DNA from: an uncultured Gemmatimonadales bacterium
GTDB taxonomy: Bacteria > Gemmatimonadota > Gemmatimonadetes > Gemmatimonadales > GWC2-71-9
NCBI GenBank assembly: GCA_963695555.1
Contig: CAVOGR010000004.1
Coordinates: 1 to 64,000, forward strand
Direction of reading: 5' to 3'
Length of the DNA: 64,000 bases
Position numbers and translations under genes: made by a program. The notes below the pieces were generated by a model that was not told the DNA's origin, made no database searches, and was given only the letters and a program-made list of their open reading frames with translations. Within the stretch, counting starts at the first letter, position 1; each line of letters starts with the position of its first letter. This document shows, piece after piece, positions 10,194-20,156 of this stretch.

Positions 10194-10784
10194 ATGCGCA
10201 AGCTGGTATTGGCCCTTGGCGGTAGTGTGGTGTTTGCCCTGGTTGCTTGGCCCATTTGGCGAGGGGCCACGGGTGCACAGGCGGGTGCGGTGGCGATGGA
10301 CTCCACCACGGCATGGGTACTCGCCGCCGGGGACACCGCGGGTCTCCCTGGCCCGCGCCAGCCCATCTTTTTCCGTCACGACGTCCATTCCGGCCAATAC
10401 AAGATCCCTTGCCAGTACTGTCACTACTCCGTCAGCGCGTCGTCGGAGCCCGGTATTCCGAGCCTCCAGACATGCATGGGATGCCACCTGGTGCTGGCCG
10501 GCGCCGATAGCGCCACGCGGACCGAAATCCAAAAGGTGCGAGACGCGTACAACGAGAAAAAGCCAATGGAGTGGGAGCGGGTCCATGCGCTTGCCCGCCA
10601 CGCCCGCTTTCCTCACATGAGCCACATCAAGGTCATGGGACCGAACGCATGCGGCAGTTGTCATGGTGATGTTGCCCGGATGCCCCAACTCTTCAAGGTC
10701 AACAACATCTCGAACATGGGGTGGTGCATCGATTGCCACGTGGCCATGGACAAGTCCCGCGATTGCTCGGTGTGTCACTACTAA
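10194..10784 (+). CDS. actA: Alternative complex III pentaheme cytochrome c subunit
   Basis: N-terminal anchor; five CxxCH motifs (CQYCH, CMGCH, CGSCH, CIDCH, CSVCH); QPIFFRHDVH; first gene of the operon. Confidence 0.9.
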   Translation: MRKLVLALGGSVVFALVAWPIWRGATGAQAGAVAMDSTTAWVLAAGDTAGLPGPRQPIFFRHDVHSGQYKIPCQYCHYSVSASSEPGIPSLQTCMGCHLVLAGADSATRTEIQKVRDAYNEKKPMEWERVHALARHARFPHMSHIKVMGPNACGSCHGDVARMPQLFKVNNISNMGWCIDCHVAMDKSRDCSVCHY

Positions 10785-10814
10785 TGTCCACCGCCACCTA
10801 GGCGAGGAGACTCG

Positions 10815-13800
10815 ATGGCCACGGACGATACTCCGAACCCAAGCGACGGCATGGACCGGCGGCGGTTTCTCACCGTCCTGGGCGTCGCGGGAGGCGGCAG
10901 CGCCGTCCTATCGGGGTGTTCCACCGACCGGATTCAGAAACTCGTTCCCTACCTGATCCAGCACGAGGATCAGGTGCCCGGCATCGCCACGGTCTATGCC
11001 AGCACCTGTACCGAGTGCTCGGCTGGGTGCGGCATTCACGTCAAGACGCGTGAGGCCCGTGCCATCAAGTTGGAAGGGAATCCGAACCACCCCGTGAATC
11101 ACGGCGCCATCTGCGCCCGAGGACAGGCAGCCCTCCAAGGTCTGTACAATCCGGCGCGCCTCACTGGGCCGATGGCGCGCAATGCCGACGGATCCTTCAG
11201 CCCCGTGACCTGGGATGATGCGATCCAGCGTTTGAATCAGCATGTGTCGCAGGCCGGGGCACGCACCGCGGTCATCTCCGGGGCCGGCCCGGGCACCTTC
11301 ACCGATTTGCTTGGGGAGTGGACGGCGGCCCTCGGTGGCCGTGTGGTCCGCCATGAGCCCTTCGACTATGAGCCGCTGCGAGCCGCAAACCGCCAGGTGT
11401 TCGGAACCGATGGCGTACCGACTCATGATTTCGGGAGCGCCAAGTACGTCCTGGCATTCGGCGCCGACTTCCTGGAAACCTGGCTGTCTCCGGTAGAACA
11501 CCAGCAGGGCTTTGCCCAGGCCCACGGCTATGGTGACGGCGAGATGGCGAAATTCGTGTCGCTCGCCCCCCGGATGTCGCTGACCGGCATGAACGCGGAT
11601 GAGTGGCACCCCATCGCGCCCGGTTCTGAAGCCCTGCTGGCGCTGGCCATGGCCAATGTGATCCTGTCTGAACGCACCGGCGCGCCCGCGGATGCCAACG
11701 CGCTGCGTGGCGTGTTGGCCCCCTACACCACGGAGCGGGCGGCGAGGGACACCGGTGTCGGAGAAGACACGGTGCGGCGGTTGGCCCGCGAATTTGCTTC
11801 GGCCCAGCCCAGTCTGGCCGTTGCCGGAGGGGTTGCGAGCCAGCACCGAGGGGCGGTGGAGGTCTGCGCCGCGGTGAATGTGCTCAACTACGTGGCCGGC
11901 AACATCGGACGGACCGTGCGCTTCGAGCAGCAGCTCGCGACGGCGGACGGATATGCGGCGCTGGACTCCCTGGCAACCGCCATGGATGCCGGCCAGGTGT
12001 CGCTGCTCATCGTGCACGAGGCGAACCCGGTCTACACGCTGCCCAGGTCCACCGGCTTTGCCGACAAGATGGCCAAGGTCGGGTTCAAGGTGTCCACGGC
12101 ATCGGTCCTGGACGAGACGGCGGCGCTGGCGGACCTGATCCTGCCCAACCACCACGCCCTGGAGCGCTGGGACGACCTGCGTCCGCGCTCCGGTGTGCAT
12201 TCGCTGATGCAGCCCGTCATGCAGCCGGTCTTCGATACCCGCGCGACCGGTGATGTACTGCTCCAGGTGGCCCAGGCGGTTGGCGGTCCGTTGGCGGCGT
12301 TCGCTGCTCCGACATTTCAAGCGTATCTCAAAGATGCCTGGCGGGAACTGGCCCAGGCGCGCGGCAGCGCGGACGCCGAACAGTTCTGGGTTGATGCCCT
12401 TGGTGCCGGCGGTGTGTTCGAGCCCACTCTGCCGGCCGTGCCGGTCGCGCTTGCGCCGGGTGCGGCTCGGGTCGGGTACTCGCCACCGGAAATCGACGGC
12501 GATGGAGAGCTGGTCTTTGCGCCCTATCCGTCGCCCATGCTGTTCGACGGACGAGGCGCGAACAAGCCCTGGCTGCTCGAGAACCCCGACCCCGTCACCA
12601 AGATCACCTGGCACTCGTGGGTCGAGCTCCATCCGGACACCGCAGAGTGGCTCAACGTCCGCGAGGGTGAGATCCTCCGCCTGCGCTCGCCGCATGGCGC
12701 GATCGAGGCCCCGGCCTACATCTACCCCGGCATGAATCCCGGAGTCCTGGCGATGCCGTTGGGGCTTGGCCACACGGCGTACGGGGAATACGCCAAGGGG
12801 CGGGGGGTGAACGCACTCGACCTCCTCGGGCCGGCCAATGGCACGGGCTTCGTGCCCTACCTGTCGACCCGGGTCCGCGCCGAGACCACCGGCCGGTACC
12901 AGCAGGTTGCCAAGACCGAAGGCAATCCGAGGCAGCTCGGGCGGGGCATCGCCGAAGCAATGCCTCTCGAATTGGCCCGCCAGGGCCTCTCGGTCGAGGC
13001 GGCGCATTATGCGGAGACCGGAGGCGAGCACCACGAGGTGAATACCGAGCGCGAGGTCGAAGCGATTGCCGGGTTCCGGGAGAGCCAGCAGGAGAAAGCT
13101 CGCAAGGGAGGGTACGAGGGTGACCATCCCCGCTGGGGCATGGTTATCGATCTGGCCCGCTGCACGGGGTGCTCGGCATGCGTCACGGCCTGTTACGCGG
13201 AAAACAACATCCCGACGGTGGGCCAGCAAGAAGTCTTGCGGGGCCGTGAAATGAGCTGGATGCGGATCGAGCGGTATTTCGAGGGTGGCGAGGAACCCGG
13301 CGAGCCGCTCGAGGCACGCTTCGTACCCATGCTCTGCCAGCACTGCGGCAACGCCCCCTGCGAGCCGGTGTGCCCGGTGTATGCGTCCTACCACACGACC
13401 GATGGGCTCAACGGCCAAGCCTATAACCGGTGCGTGGGGACCCGGTACTGCGCCAACAACTGCCCGTACAAGGTCCGCTACTATAATTGGTTCGCGTACA
13501 ACAACCGGGCATTCCCGGATCCGTTGGAGCTTCAGTTGAACCCCGACGTGACCGTGCGGGCGCGTGGCGTCATGGAGAAATGCACCTTCTGCGTCCAACG
13601 CATCCGCGGGGCGCAGAACCAGGCCAAGCTGGAGGACCGCGACCTGGCCGACGGCGATGTCGTTCCGGCCTGCGGGCAAGCCTGCCCCTCACAGGCCATC
13701 GTCTTTGGCGATCTCAACGACCCGGCGAGTCGTGTGTCGGAGGCCGCGCGCAACCACCGCGGGTACCATGTGTTCGAGGACTTGAACGTGCGCCCGTCGG

Positions 13801-13841
13801 TCATGTATCTGGCCAAGGTGCGGCATGAGCGGGAGGCCTAG
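10815..13841 (+). CDS. actB: Alternative complex III subunit B (molybdopterin-oxidoreductase-like domain fused to a multi-Fe-S domain), Tat lipoprotein
   Basis: DRRRFL Tat motif then LSGC lipobox; IKLEGNPNHP; LLENPDPVTKITW; C-terminal CTGCSACVTAC, CQHCGNAPCEPVCP, CVGTRYCANNCP, KCTFC...CGQACP. Confidence 0.93.
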   Translation: MATDDTPNPSDGMDRRRFLTVLGVAGGGSAVLSGCSTDRIQKLVPYLIQHEDQVPGIATVYASTCTECSAGCGIHVKTREARAIKLEGNPNHPVNHGAICARGQAALQGLYNPARLTGPMARNADGSFSPVTWDDAIQRLNQHVSQAGARTAVISGAGPGTFTDLLGEWTAALGGRVVRHEPFDYEPLRAANRQVFGTDGVPTHDFGSAKYVLAFGADFLETWLSPVEHQQGFAQAHGYGDGEMAKFVSLAPRMSLTGMNADEWHPIAPGSEALLALAMANVILSERTGAPADANALRGVLAPYTTERAARDTGVGEDTVRRLAREFASAQPSLAVAGGVASQHRGAVEVCAAVNVLNYVAGNIGRTVRFEQQLATADGYAALDSLATAMDAGQVSLLIVHEANPVYTLPRSTGFADKMAKVGFKVSTASVLDETAALADLILPNHHALERWDDLRPRSGVHSLMQPVMQPVFDTRATGDVLLQVAQAVGGPLAAFAAPTFQAYLKDAWRELAQARGSADAEQFWVDALGAGGVFEPTLPAVPVALAPGAARVGYSPPEIDGDGELVFAPYPSPMLFDGRGANKPWLLENPDPVTKITWHSWVELHPDTAEWLNVREGEILRLRSPHGAIEAPAYIYPGMNPGVLAMPLGLGHTAYGEYAKGRGVNALDLLGPANGTGFVPYLSTRVRAETTGRYQQVAKTEGNPRQLGRGIAEAMPLELARQGLSVEAAHYAETGGEHHEVNTEREVEAIAGFRESQQEKARKGGYEGDHPRWGMVIDLARCTGCSACVTACYAENNIPTVGQQEVLRGREMSWMRIERYFEGGEEPGEPLEARFVPMLCQHCGNAPCEPVCPVYASYHTTDGLNGQAYNRCVGTRYCANNCPYKVRYYNWFAYNNRAFPDPLELQLNPDVTVRARGVMEKCTFCVQRIRGAQNQAKLEDRDLADGDVVPACGQACPSQAIVFGDLNDPASRVSEAARNHRGYHVFEDLNVRPSVMYLAKVRHEREA

Positions 13842-13844
13842 CGC

Positions 13845-15194
13845 GTGGCGACCATAGCGCACGAGCACGTACCGACCCAGACGCACGCCGAGGTGACGCG
13901 CGATGTGATCGCGACCCTGGGCAAGCCGAGCCGGGGTTACGTCCTCATGTTCGTGGGTGCGGTGCTCCTGTTCCTCATCGGGCTCGCCACCTTTGTGGCG
14001 CTGGTGAAGGAGGGGCTGGGACTGGCCGGGTACAATCCGCCGGTGATGTGGAGTGTCTACATCACCACCTTCGTCTTTTGGGTGGGTATCGGCCATGCCG
14101 GGACGCTGATCTCGGCCATTCTCTATCTCTTCCGCTCGCCGTGGCGGACGGCGGTCTATCGCGCGACCGAGGCGATGACCGTCTTTGCCATCATGACGGC
14201 CGGGCTGTTCCCGATTATCCATATCGGCCGGCAGTGGGTCTTCTACTGGTTGTTGCCGTACCCCAACCAGCGGCTGCTGTGGCCCAATTTCAAGTCCCCG
14301 CTGATGTGGGACGTGTTTGCCATCGGGACCTATCTGACCGTGTCGACCACCTTCCTGGTGGTCGGGTTGGTTCCCGACATCGCGGCGGTCCGGGACAAGG
14401 TGTCGGGCTGGCGCAAGAAGCTCTACGGGTCGCTGGCGCTCGGCTGGACGGGCAGTGACCGTCAATGGCGTCACTATTCGCGCGGGTACTTGTATCTCGC
14501 CGCACTGGCGACACCGCTCGTGTTGTCGGTGCACTCCGTGGTGTCCTGGGACTTCGCGGTCAGCATCATCCCAGGGTGGCACGGGACCATCTTCGCGCCG
14601 TATTTCGTGGCCGGGGCCATCTACTCGGGCATCGGAATGGTGTTCACCTTGCTCATTCCGCTGCGCAAGGTCTTGAAGCTCGAGCACATGATCCAAGAGC
14701 ACCATTTCGACAACTTGGCCAAGCTGACCCTGCTCACGGGATCGATTCTCTTCTACGCCTATGCGATGGAGTATTTCATCGCCTGGTACAGTGGCGTGTC
14801 GTGGGAGCAGACCACGTTCTATCTTCGGGCCTTCGGCCCCATGTGGTGGGCCGGCTGGACCATGATCATCTGTAATGCCTTCGTGTCCCAGCTGCTGTGG
14901 TTCAAGACGATCCGCACCAACGTGACCGCCCTGTTCATCATTTCCATCTTCATCAACATCGGGATGTGGTTCGAGCGGTTCGTCATCATCGTGTCGTCGC
15001 TGCGCAACGACTTCGATCCGTTTGCCTGGGGCCAGCTCACGCCAACGTGGGCCGATTGGGGAGTCCTCGCGGGATCGTTCGGATGGTTCCTGATGTATTT
15101 CCTGCTGTTTGCTCGGACGTTCCCGATCGTCGCGATCCAAGAGATCAAGGAAATGATTCCCATGCCGCGGAAGCGACCGGGAGGGTCGCACTAG
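13845..15194 (+). CDS. actC: Alternative complex III quinol-binding membrane subunit (NrfD family)
   Basis: FVFWVGIGHAGTLISAIL, EAMT, NFKSPLMWDVFA, LSVHSVVSWDFA, PGWH, GMWFERFVII. Confidence 0.95.
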   Translation: MATIAHEHVPTQTHAEVTRDVIATLGKPSRGYVLMFVGAVLLFLIGLATFVALVKEGLGLAGYNPPVMWSVYITTFVFWVGIGHAGTLISAILYLFRSPWRTAVYRATEAMTVFAIMTAGLFPIIHIGRQWVFYWLLPYPNQRLLWPNFKSPLMWDVFAIGTYLTVSTTFLVVGLVPDIAAVRDKVSGWRKKLYGSLALGWTGSDRQWRHYSRGYLYLAALATPLVLSVHSVVSWDFAVSIIPGWHGTIFAPYFVAGAIYSGIGMVFTLLIPLRKVLKLEHMIQEHHFDNLAKLTLLTGSILFYAYAMEYFIAWYSGVSWEQTTFYLRAFGPMWWAGWTMIICNAFVSQLLWFKTIRTNVTALFIISIFINIGMWFERFVIIVSSLRNDFDPFAWGQLTPTWADWGVLAGSFGWFLMYFLLFARTFPIVAIQEIKEMIPMPRKRPGGSH

Positions 15195-15707
15195 ATGGGC
15201 AAGCCCGTTCCCGGCGTGTTGGGCTCCTTCGTCCATATCGATGCGGCGACGGACGCCATTCGCACGCTCAAAGCCAGGGGCTACTCCGATCTCGCGGTGT
15301 ATACCGCGGCTCCCAACCATGAAGTCGAAGAGGCCATGGCGCACCGGGTCAGCCCCGTCCGCCTCTTCACCCTCATTGGGGGACTCACCGGGTGCGCCGC
15401 GGGCTTTGCGATGACGATTTGGATGTCGAATGACTGGCCGATACTCGTGGGAGGGAAGCCGATCGCGTCGATTCCGCCCTATGTGGTGATTGCGTTCGAG
15501 TTGACGATTCTCCTGGGTGCCCTGAGCACTGTCGCGGGCATGATCATCCTTCCCCTCCTCAGGCCGACGCGGGGGTATATGTACGACCCGCGCTTCTCCG
15601 ACGATCAGGTGGGAATCTTCGTGCCCTGCGGCGCCGACCGCGCTGCGGAGGTCCAGGCCGTGATGACCCGCGCGGGGTCCGTCGAGGTGCGACATGAAAC
15701 CGGCTAG
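15195..15707 (+). CDS. actD: Alternative complex III subunit D (DUF3341)
   Basis: Two TM helices; DWPILVGGKP, FELTIL, DPRFSDD. Confidence 0.9.
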   Translation: MGKPVPGVLGSFVHIDAATDAIRTLKARGYSDLAVYTAAPNHEVEEAMAHRVSPVRLFTLIGGLTGCAAGFAMTIWMSNDWPILVGGKPIASIPPYVVIAFELTILLGALSTVAGMIILPLLRPTRGYMYDPRFSDDQVGIFVPCGADRAAEVQAVMTRAGSVEVRHETG

Positions 15708-16278
15708 CGGCCTCCGCGCCGTCCTCCTTGTGCTCGTCCTCGGTTCCGCCGGCTGCGGCTGGTGGTACAACGACGTGCCGTCGCCCGACGACCTCTGGCA
15801 CCGGGTGCCGTGGTTCGACCATATGCTGGGCTCCCGGGCGGTGTACCCCTACAGCAGCGCCACCGTGCCCCGCATCACCGTGGCCGGGACCGTCCCGGTC
15901 GGCGGCACCGAAGTCGACTATTTCCCGGACTGGCAGCGAGGCAACACCGATCGGGCCAACAGCCTGCAGAACCCGACGACCGATCTCACCGCGAGCCTCG
16001 CGCGCGGTGACACGGTATACCAGACCTTTTGTCTGACCTGTCACGGTCAAACTGGTGTCGGTGACGGTCCGGTTGGCCGAAAGATCGGCAGCCTGTCGAT
16101 CGTGTCGATCCGGGCCCAAGGGCTGTCGGACGGCTACATCTACAGCATGATTCGGTACGGACGCGGGATCATGGGCCAATATGGCGACAAGATCTACCGC
16201 CCCGAAGACCGATGGGCGGTGGTCAACTACGTCCGCCACCTCCAGCAACAGGCCGCTGCGCCGGAGCTGCCCCAATGA
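15694..16278 (+). CDS. actE: Alternative complex III monoheme cytochrome c lipoprotein
   Basis: Lipobox SAGC; single CLTCH; GDGPV; GRGIM axial Met; DRWAVVNYVR. Confidence 0.9.
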   Translation: MKPASGLRAVLLVLVLGSAGCGWWYNDVPSPDDLWHRVPWFDHMLGSRAVYPYSSATVPRITVAGTVPVGGTEVDYFPDWQRGNTDRANSLQNPTTDLTASLARGDTVYQTFCLTCHGQTGVGDGPVGRKIGSLSIVSIRAQGLSDGYIYSMIRYGRGIMGQYGDKIYRPEDRWAVVNYVRHLQQQAAAPELPQ

Positions 16279-17624
16279 CCGGCCCCACAGTCCGCCATCG
16301 TCTGGTGGAGCACTCGGTGACCGGGCGCTATGGTCTGATGTTCGGCCTCGGGGCGCTGCTCGCGGTGGTCGGCATCGCCGGGTTCCTCCTGGCCCTGTCC
16401 CAAGGCCAGGCCGATCGCGCCTGGCATCTGTTCCATGTGAACTGGCTCTACTTCACCGGATTGGCCGGTGGCAGCGTGGCCTTGGCCGCGGTCCATAAGG
16501 TGGCCAATGCCAAATGGTCGGGGGTCATCCTCCGGTTCGCGGAAGCCGCGGTGGCGTTCTTCCCGATTTCATTCATTGCGTTTCTGCTGATTTTCTTCGT
16601 CGGATACGACCATATCTATCCCGACTTCCACGGCCTCGGCCATGGCAAGGAGCTGTGGCTCTCGTTTCCCTGGATGGTCGGGCGGCTTGCCGTCGGGCTC
16701 ATTGCGCTCTTTCTGCTCGGGTGGGCATTTGTGCGCGCGGATCTCTTGCCCGATGTGCACGAGGCCCAGTCCTCGGTGTCCGGGTCCCGCCGGCAACGCT
16801 ATCTCCGCATGGCTGAGGCCTACGACGATACGCCTGAGACCCGCACGGCGCACGAGGTCAAGATCCACCGCCTGGCTCCCACCTACATCCTCGCCTACGT
16901 CATCGTCTTCAGCATACTGGCCTTCGACGGCATCATGGCGCTGCAGCCCCACTGGTTTTCGAACCTGCTGGGGGGCTTCTACTTCATGGGCTCCTTCCTG
17001 GGCGCGCACATGCTGCTCGCACTCCTCGTGTTCTATGCCGGGCGGCAGACCGGGGTCGGAATGCTGGTCTCCCCCAAGCAGCGGCATGATCTCGGCAAGC
17101 TGTGTTTCGGCTTCACCGTGTTTTGGGCCTACCTCATGTGGGCGCAGTACTTGGTCATTTGGTACGGCAACCTGCCGGAAGAGACCGGCTTCGTCTTTGC
17201 CCGGCTGTGGGGGCCGTGGCTGCCGGTGGGGAAGGCGGTGTTCGTGGGCCTGTTCCTCATCCCGTTCTTCGGCCTGCTTGGGGTTGCACCGAAGAAGTTT
17301 CCCTTGACCCTCAGCCTGTTCTCGATAATCAGTCTCACGGCGCTCTGGCTGGAGCGGTACCTCTTGGTGATGCCCTCCGTGACCCGGGAGTTCGGCCCTG
17401 TGGTTGGCCTGCCCGAGGTGAGCACGACCCTGGCCTTTCTGGGACTCTTCCTCTTCGCCTATGCCGTCTTCGCCAGGACCTACCCGATGGTCTCACCCCG
17501 CCTCGCCGAGGTTACCCTGGCGCGGGAGACCCACCACGAGACCATCGAGTACGAACACGAAGAGGCAGCGGAAGACTACGTGAGCGAGGAGATCATCGAG
17601 CACGACCTGCACCCCGATCAGTAG
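16275..17624 (+). CDS. actF: Alternative complex III membrane subunit F
   Basis: About 10 TM segments; FDGIMALQPHWFS, HDLGKL, QYLVIWYGNLPEE; ATGA overlap with actE. Confidence 0.9.
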   Translation: MTGPTVRHRLVEHSVTGRYGLMFGLGALLAVVGIAGFLLALSQGQADRAWHLFHVNWLYFTGLAGGSVALAAVHKVANAKWSGVILRFAEAAVAFFPISFIAFLLIFFVGYDHIYPDFHGLGHGKELWLSFPWMVGRLAVGLIALFLLGWAFVRADLLPDVHEAQSSVSGSRRQRYLRMAEAYDDTPETRTAHEVKIHRLAPTYILAYVIVFSILAFDGIMALQPHWFSNLLGGFYFMGSFLGAHMLLALLVFYAGRQTGVGMLVSPKQRHDLGKLCFGFTVFWAYLMWAQYLVIWYGNLPEETGFVFARLWGPWLPVGKAVFVGLFLIPFFGLLGVAPKKFPLTLSLFSIISLTALWLERYLLVMPSVTREFGPVVGLPEVSTTLAFLGLFLFAYAVFARTYPMVSPRLAEVTLARETHHETIEYEHEEAAEDYVSEEIIEHDLHPDQ

Positions 17625-17645
17625 TCTGGACACCCATCCCTGAAG

Positions 17646-17686
17646 TCCAGCGCCCCTCCGGAGGTCGACTCCGGAGGGGCGCTGGA
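17646..17686. terminator. Perfect 18-bp hairpin between convergent actF and the anti-sigma gene
   Basis: TCCAGCGCCCCTCCGGAG-gtcga-CTCCGGAGGGGCGCTGGA; no clear U tract. Confidence 0.65.
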
Positions 17687-17711
17687 TCATGGAGATTGCC
17701 CGCGGTCCTGC

Positions 17712-18680
17712 CTAGCGCACCTTCAAGAGGAAAGCCCTGAGCGAGTCGATCGGGACGCTGCCGTAAATGGCCAGCATCCGATCGTCCTGCCGCGTGCCGG
17801 AGTTGTCGTTCATCTCGACGCTGGCCGTGACGGTCGCTCCGCTTTGGTGAGAGAGCAGGTCGGAGACCTTGGCAATCGGCCCTTCCACCGTCTGGATCAT
17901 CTGTCCGGAACTCAACCGCTGTGCCACCACCGTCAGTGGTTGACCGCTACCCTGTTCGTCGCCCTGCACCTGGACCGTGACCACTGGAAGTCCCTCGACC
18001 CGCGGTATCCAAGCATTCGATTCGGCTTGTGCCCCGTCCCAGGAAACCGAGCGCCACAGCCCTGCCGTCGGCAGATCACCGGCAAGCTGCTGCACCGGGA
18101 TGATCTCGACCCGGAGCGGCTCGGTTGGAATGCCCGCCGCGACGGATTGGAATCGGTCGGTCACCGGTGCGAGGCTGGCGTCAGGCGTCCTCGGCTCGGG
18201 CTCTCGAGTCGGAGCGGGAATGGGACGGGGCTCGGAGGCCACCCGAGTCTGAGATTCCCGGTCGAGCACCTCGACCGGGGAGGCCGGAGACGACTCGGGC
18301 ATGGCCACTGGCGCTGTCGGCAACGGGGCCACGGCCGTCGCCGGGGGCGGACCCGCGCCGATCCACGAGTTGGCGATCCAGCCTAGCCCCAGGGCCAAGG
18401 AAATGCTGGCGGCCCACCCGACAGCGCGAACAATCCGTCGCTTTTTCAGGATCCGGGCCGTGGCCTGGGCCCGAAGGTCGGCGTAGGCCGGCTTGATCGG
18501 GCGAGGCGGAGCAAGCGTGGCCAACAGGGCGGTCGTCCGGTCTCGGAGGGCTGCAATGCCGTCGCGAGCCTGCCGGCACGGGGGGCACGAGGCGAGGTGA
18601 CTCTCGATCTCGACGCACTGCGACCGGCTCAGGGCCTGGTCGAGATAGGCGTGAAGCTCTTCTTCAGGAATGTGCCGCAT
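17712..18680 (-). CDS. Zinc-finger (zf-HC2) anti-sigma factor
   Basis: HIPEEELHAYLD...HLASCPPC (HxxxCxxC), one TM helix, Pro-rich periplasmic part; overlaps the sigma gene 3' end. Alternative start at 18710. Confidence 0.85.
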   Translation of the reverse strand: MRHIPEEELHAYLDQALSRSQCVEIESHLASCPPCRQARDGIAALRDRTTALLATLAPPRPIKPAYADLRAQATARILKKRRIVRAVGWAASISLALGLGWIANSWIGAGPPPATAVAPLPTAPVAMPESSPASPVEVLDRESQTRVASEPRPIPAPTREPEPRTPDASLAPVTDRFQSVAAGIPTEPLRVEIIPVQQLAGDLPTAGLWRSVSWDGAQAESNAWIPRVEGLPVVTVQVQGDEQGSGQPLTVVAQRLSSGQMIQTVEGPIAKVSDLLSHQSGATVTASVEMNDNSGTRQDDRMLAIYGSVPIDSLRAFLLKVR

Positions 18681-19176
18681 GTCTCTCAGCTTCTTGTCGA
18701 TCAAAGGCATCCACTAGCCGGCGTCTTGCACGAGCGAGTGTTGTTCCCACGGCACCGACCGCCAGTCCCGTCTGTTCCGCGATTTCAGGGTAGCTCAACC
18801 CGGCGTCCCACAACAACAGCACTTCTTGGTCCCGCGGGGTCAACGCATGGAGCGCCTCACGCATCCGCTCGAGCTTTTCGTTGTGCTCGACGAGGTCTTC
18901 CGCCGAGCGCTGCGGCGATGTCAACGGCGTAGGGTCACTCTTGAGGAGTGTCAGGTGCCGCTTCCGCCGAACCGCCGCGCGGGCCTCGTCGCGGGCCAAA
19001 TTGGCCGCAACGGCGAAGACCCAGGCCCGTGGCTTGTCCGGGTTGTGCTTCATGGCGCGGACGAACACCTCCTGAGCCAGATCTTCGGCGCGATCCGGAT
19101 CCCACACCTTGCGGTACAGGAACCGCACCACGGCGGCGTACGTGGTCTCGTAGAGGTGTTTGAGGTCGTCGGTCAC
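18664..19176 (-). CDS. ECF RNA polymerase sigma factor
   Basis: Region 2 AEDLAQEVF, WVFAVAANLARD; region 4 GLSYPEIAEQTG...VGTTLARARRRL. Confidence 0.93.
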   Translation of the reverse strand: MTDDLKHLYETTYAAVVRFLYRKVWDPDRAEDLAQEVFVRAMKHNPDKPRAWVFAVAANLARDEARAAVRRKRHLTLLKSDPTPLTSPQRSAEDLVEHNEKLERMREALHALTPRDQEVLLLWDAGLSYPEIAEQTGLAVGAVGTTLARARRRLVDAFDRQEAERHAAHS

Positions 19177-19281
19177 CCAGCGGACTCCCTGCAGTTGTCG
19201 GAAACGGCTACCGTCCCAGCGGCCACCTCGTGAGACGACCCATCTCCATGATATTGCACAACCTGGACCGCGCCGCGGCGG

Positions 19282-20040
19282 TCAGCGCCGCCGCCGCTTC
19301 AGGAAGACGCATCCGGTGTGGAGGTTCGGGTCCTTCGGCGGCCAGTCGAAGCATAACGAGGGCTTGGCCGTCCGGCCATCGGCCCGTTTGCGGCCGTGGA
19401 GCGTGCAGGCGACGCCATCCTCTTCCAAATATCCGCAAGCGGAGATGATCTCGACTTCGACCGCGTCCTCCTCCTCCCGCTCGAATTTGCAGAGGTAGGG
19501 TGACTTCCGCGTGCGCAGCAGCGTCTCGAGCTTGGTTTGTCGTTCGGTGCAGAGAATCTCGATGATCAGATCGCGACAACAGGCCGCGCCCCTCGTATTG
19601 TCCCCGGTGCGGCACGGCGCTCCCACACATGGGTTGTCCTCGGCGACGACGGGAAGGCGGCGTGCGGGCATGGGGAGGCGGCGCTCCACCATCTTGTGAC
19701 GGTCCATGATGACGAAGCGGTCGTTGCCGGCTTGACGAACATCGCGGGTGCGCCTCCGCTCGGGCGGGTGTGGCCCGGTGAAACCGTGCGCCGCGCACGT
19801 GGCACCGCCCTCTCCCGGCTTGAAATACCGACATGGCACGTGGAGGACGGCATCGGCCAGGAGGTCGTCATCCTCCACGTACACTTTTCGGAATGAGACC
19901 CGTTCCGTGTGACCCAGAAGCCACGTTCCGTCGTGGTCTATCTCGTGGGGATCGTCGCCTTCGAACGTCCCGACCCGAATGGTGACCGGCAGCGAGGTGC
20001 ACTGCCGGCCCAGGGCGCGGCACGGTGGGGTGAGCGGCAC
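19282..20040 (-). CDS. Cys-rich hypothetical protein (YkgJ/CxxCxxCC-like metal or Fe-S cluster protein)
   Basis: 14 Cys including AACCRDL, CGYL...CTLHG, KPSLCFDWP; fills the gap upstream of the sigma gene. Confidence 0.65.
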   Translation of the reverse strand: MPLTPPCRALGRQCTSLPVTIRVGTFEGDDPHEIDHDGTWLLGHTERVSFRKVYVEDDDLLADAVLHVPCRYFKPGEGGATCAAHGFTGPHPPERRRTRDVRQAGNDRFVIMDRHKMVERRLPMPARRLPVVAEDNPCVGAPCRTGDNTRGAACCRDLIIEILCTERQTKLETLLRTRKSPYLCKFEREEEDAVEVEIISACGYLEEDGVACTLHGRKRADGRTAKPSLCFDWPPKDPNLHTGCVFLKRRRR

Positions 20041-20156
20041 AGGCGGGGCTCCGGAGCAGGGTAATCGAGCAATATAGAACGACTTACACGCCGTGGCGAG
20101 CCTTGAACCCGGGCCTTGTTCAATGCCTCTCCCAAAACTCGGACCCTCGCCTTATC

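Noticed and set aside
10908..15770. Very long antisense ORFs (923 aa and 693 aa) opposite actB-D, and similar shadow ORFs elsewhere
   Set aside because: Expected on the reverse strand of GC-rich genes; no recognisable motifs and fully overlapped by well-supported genes.
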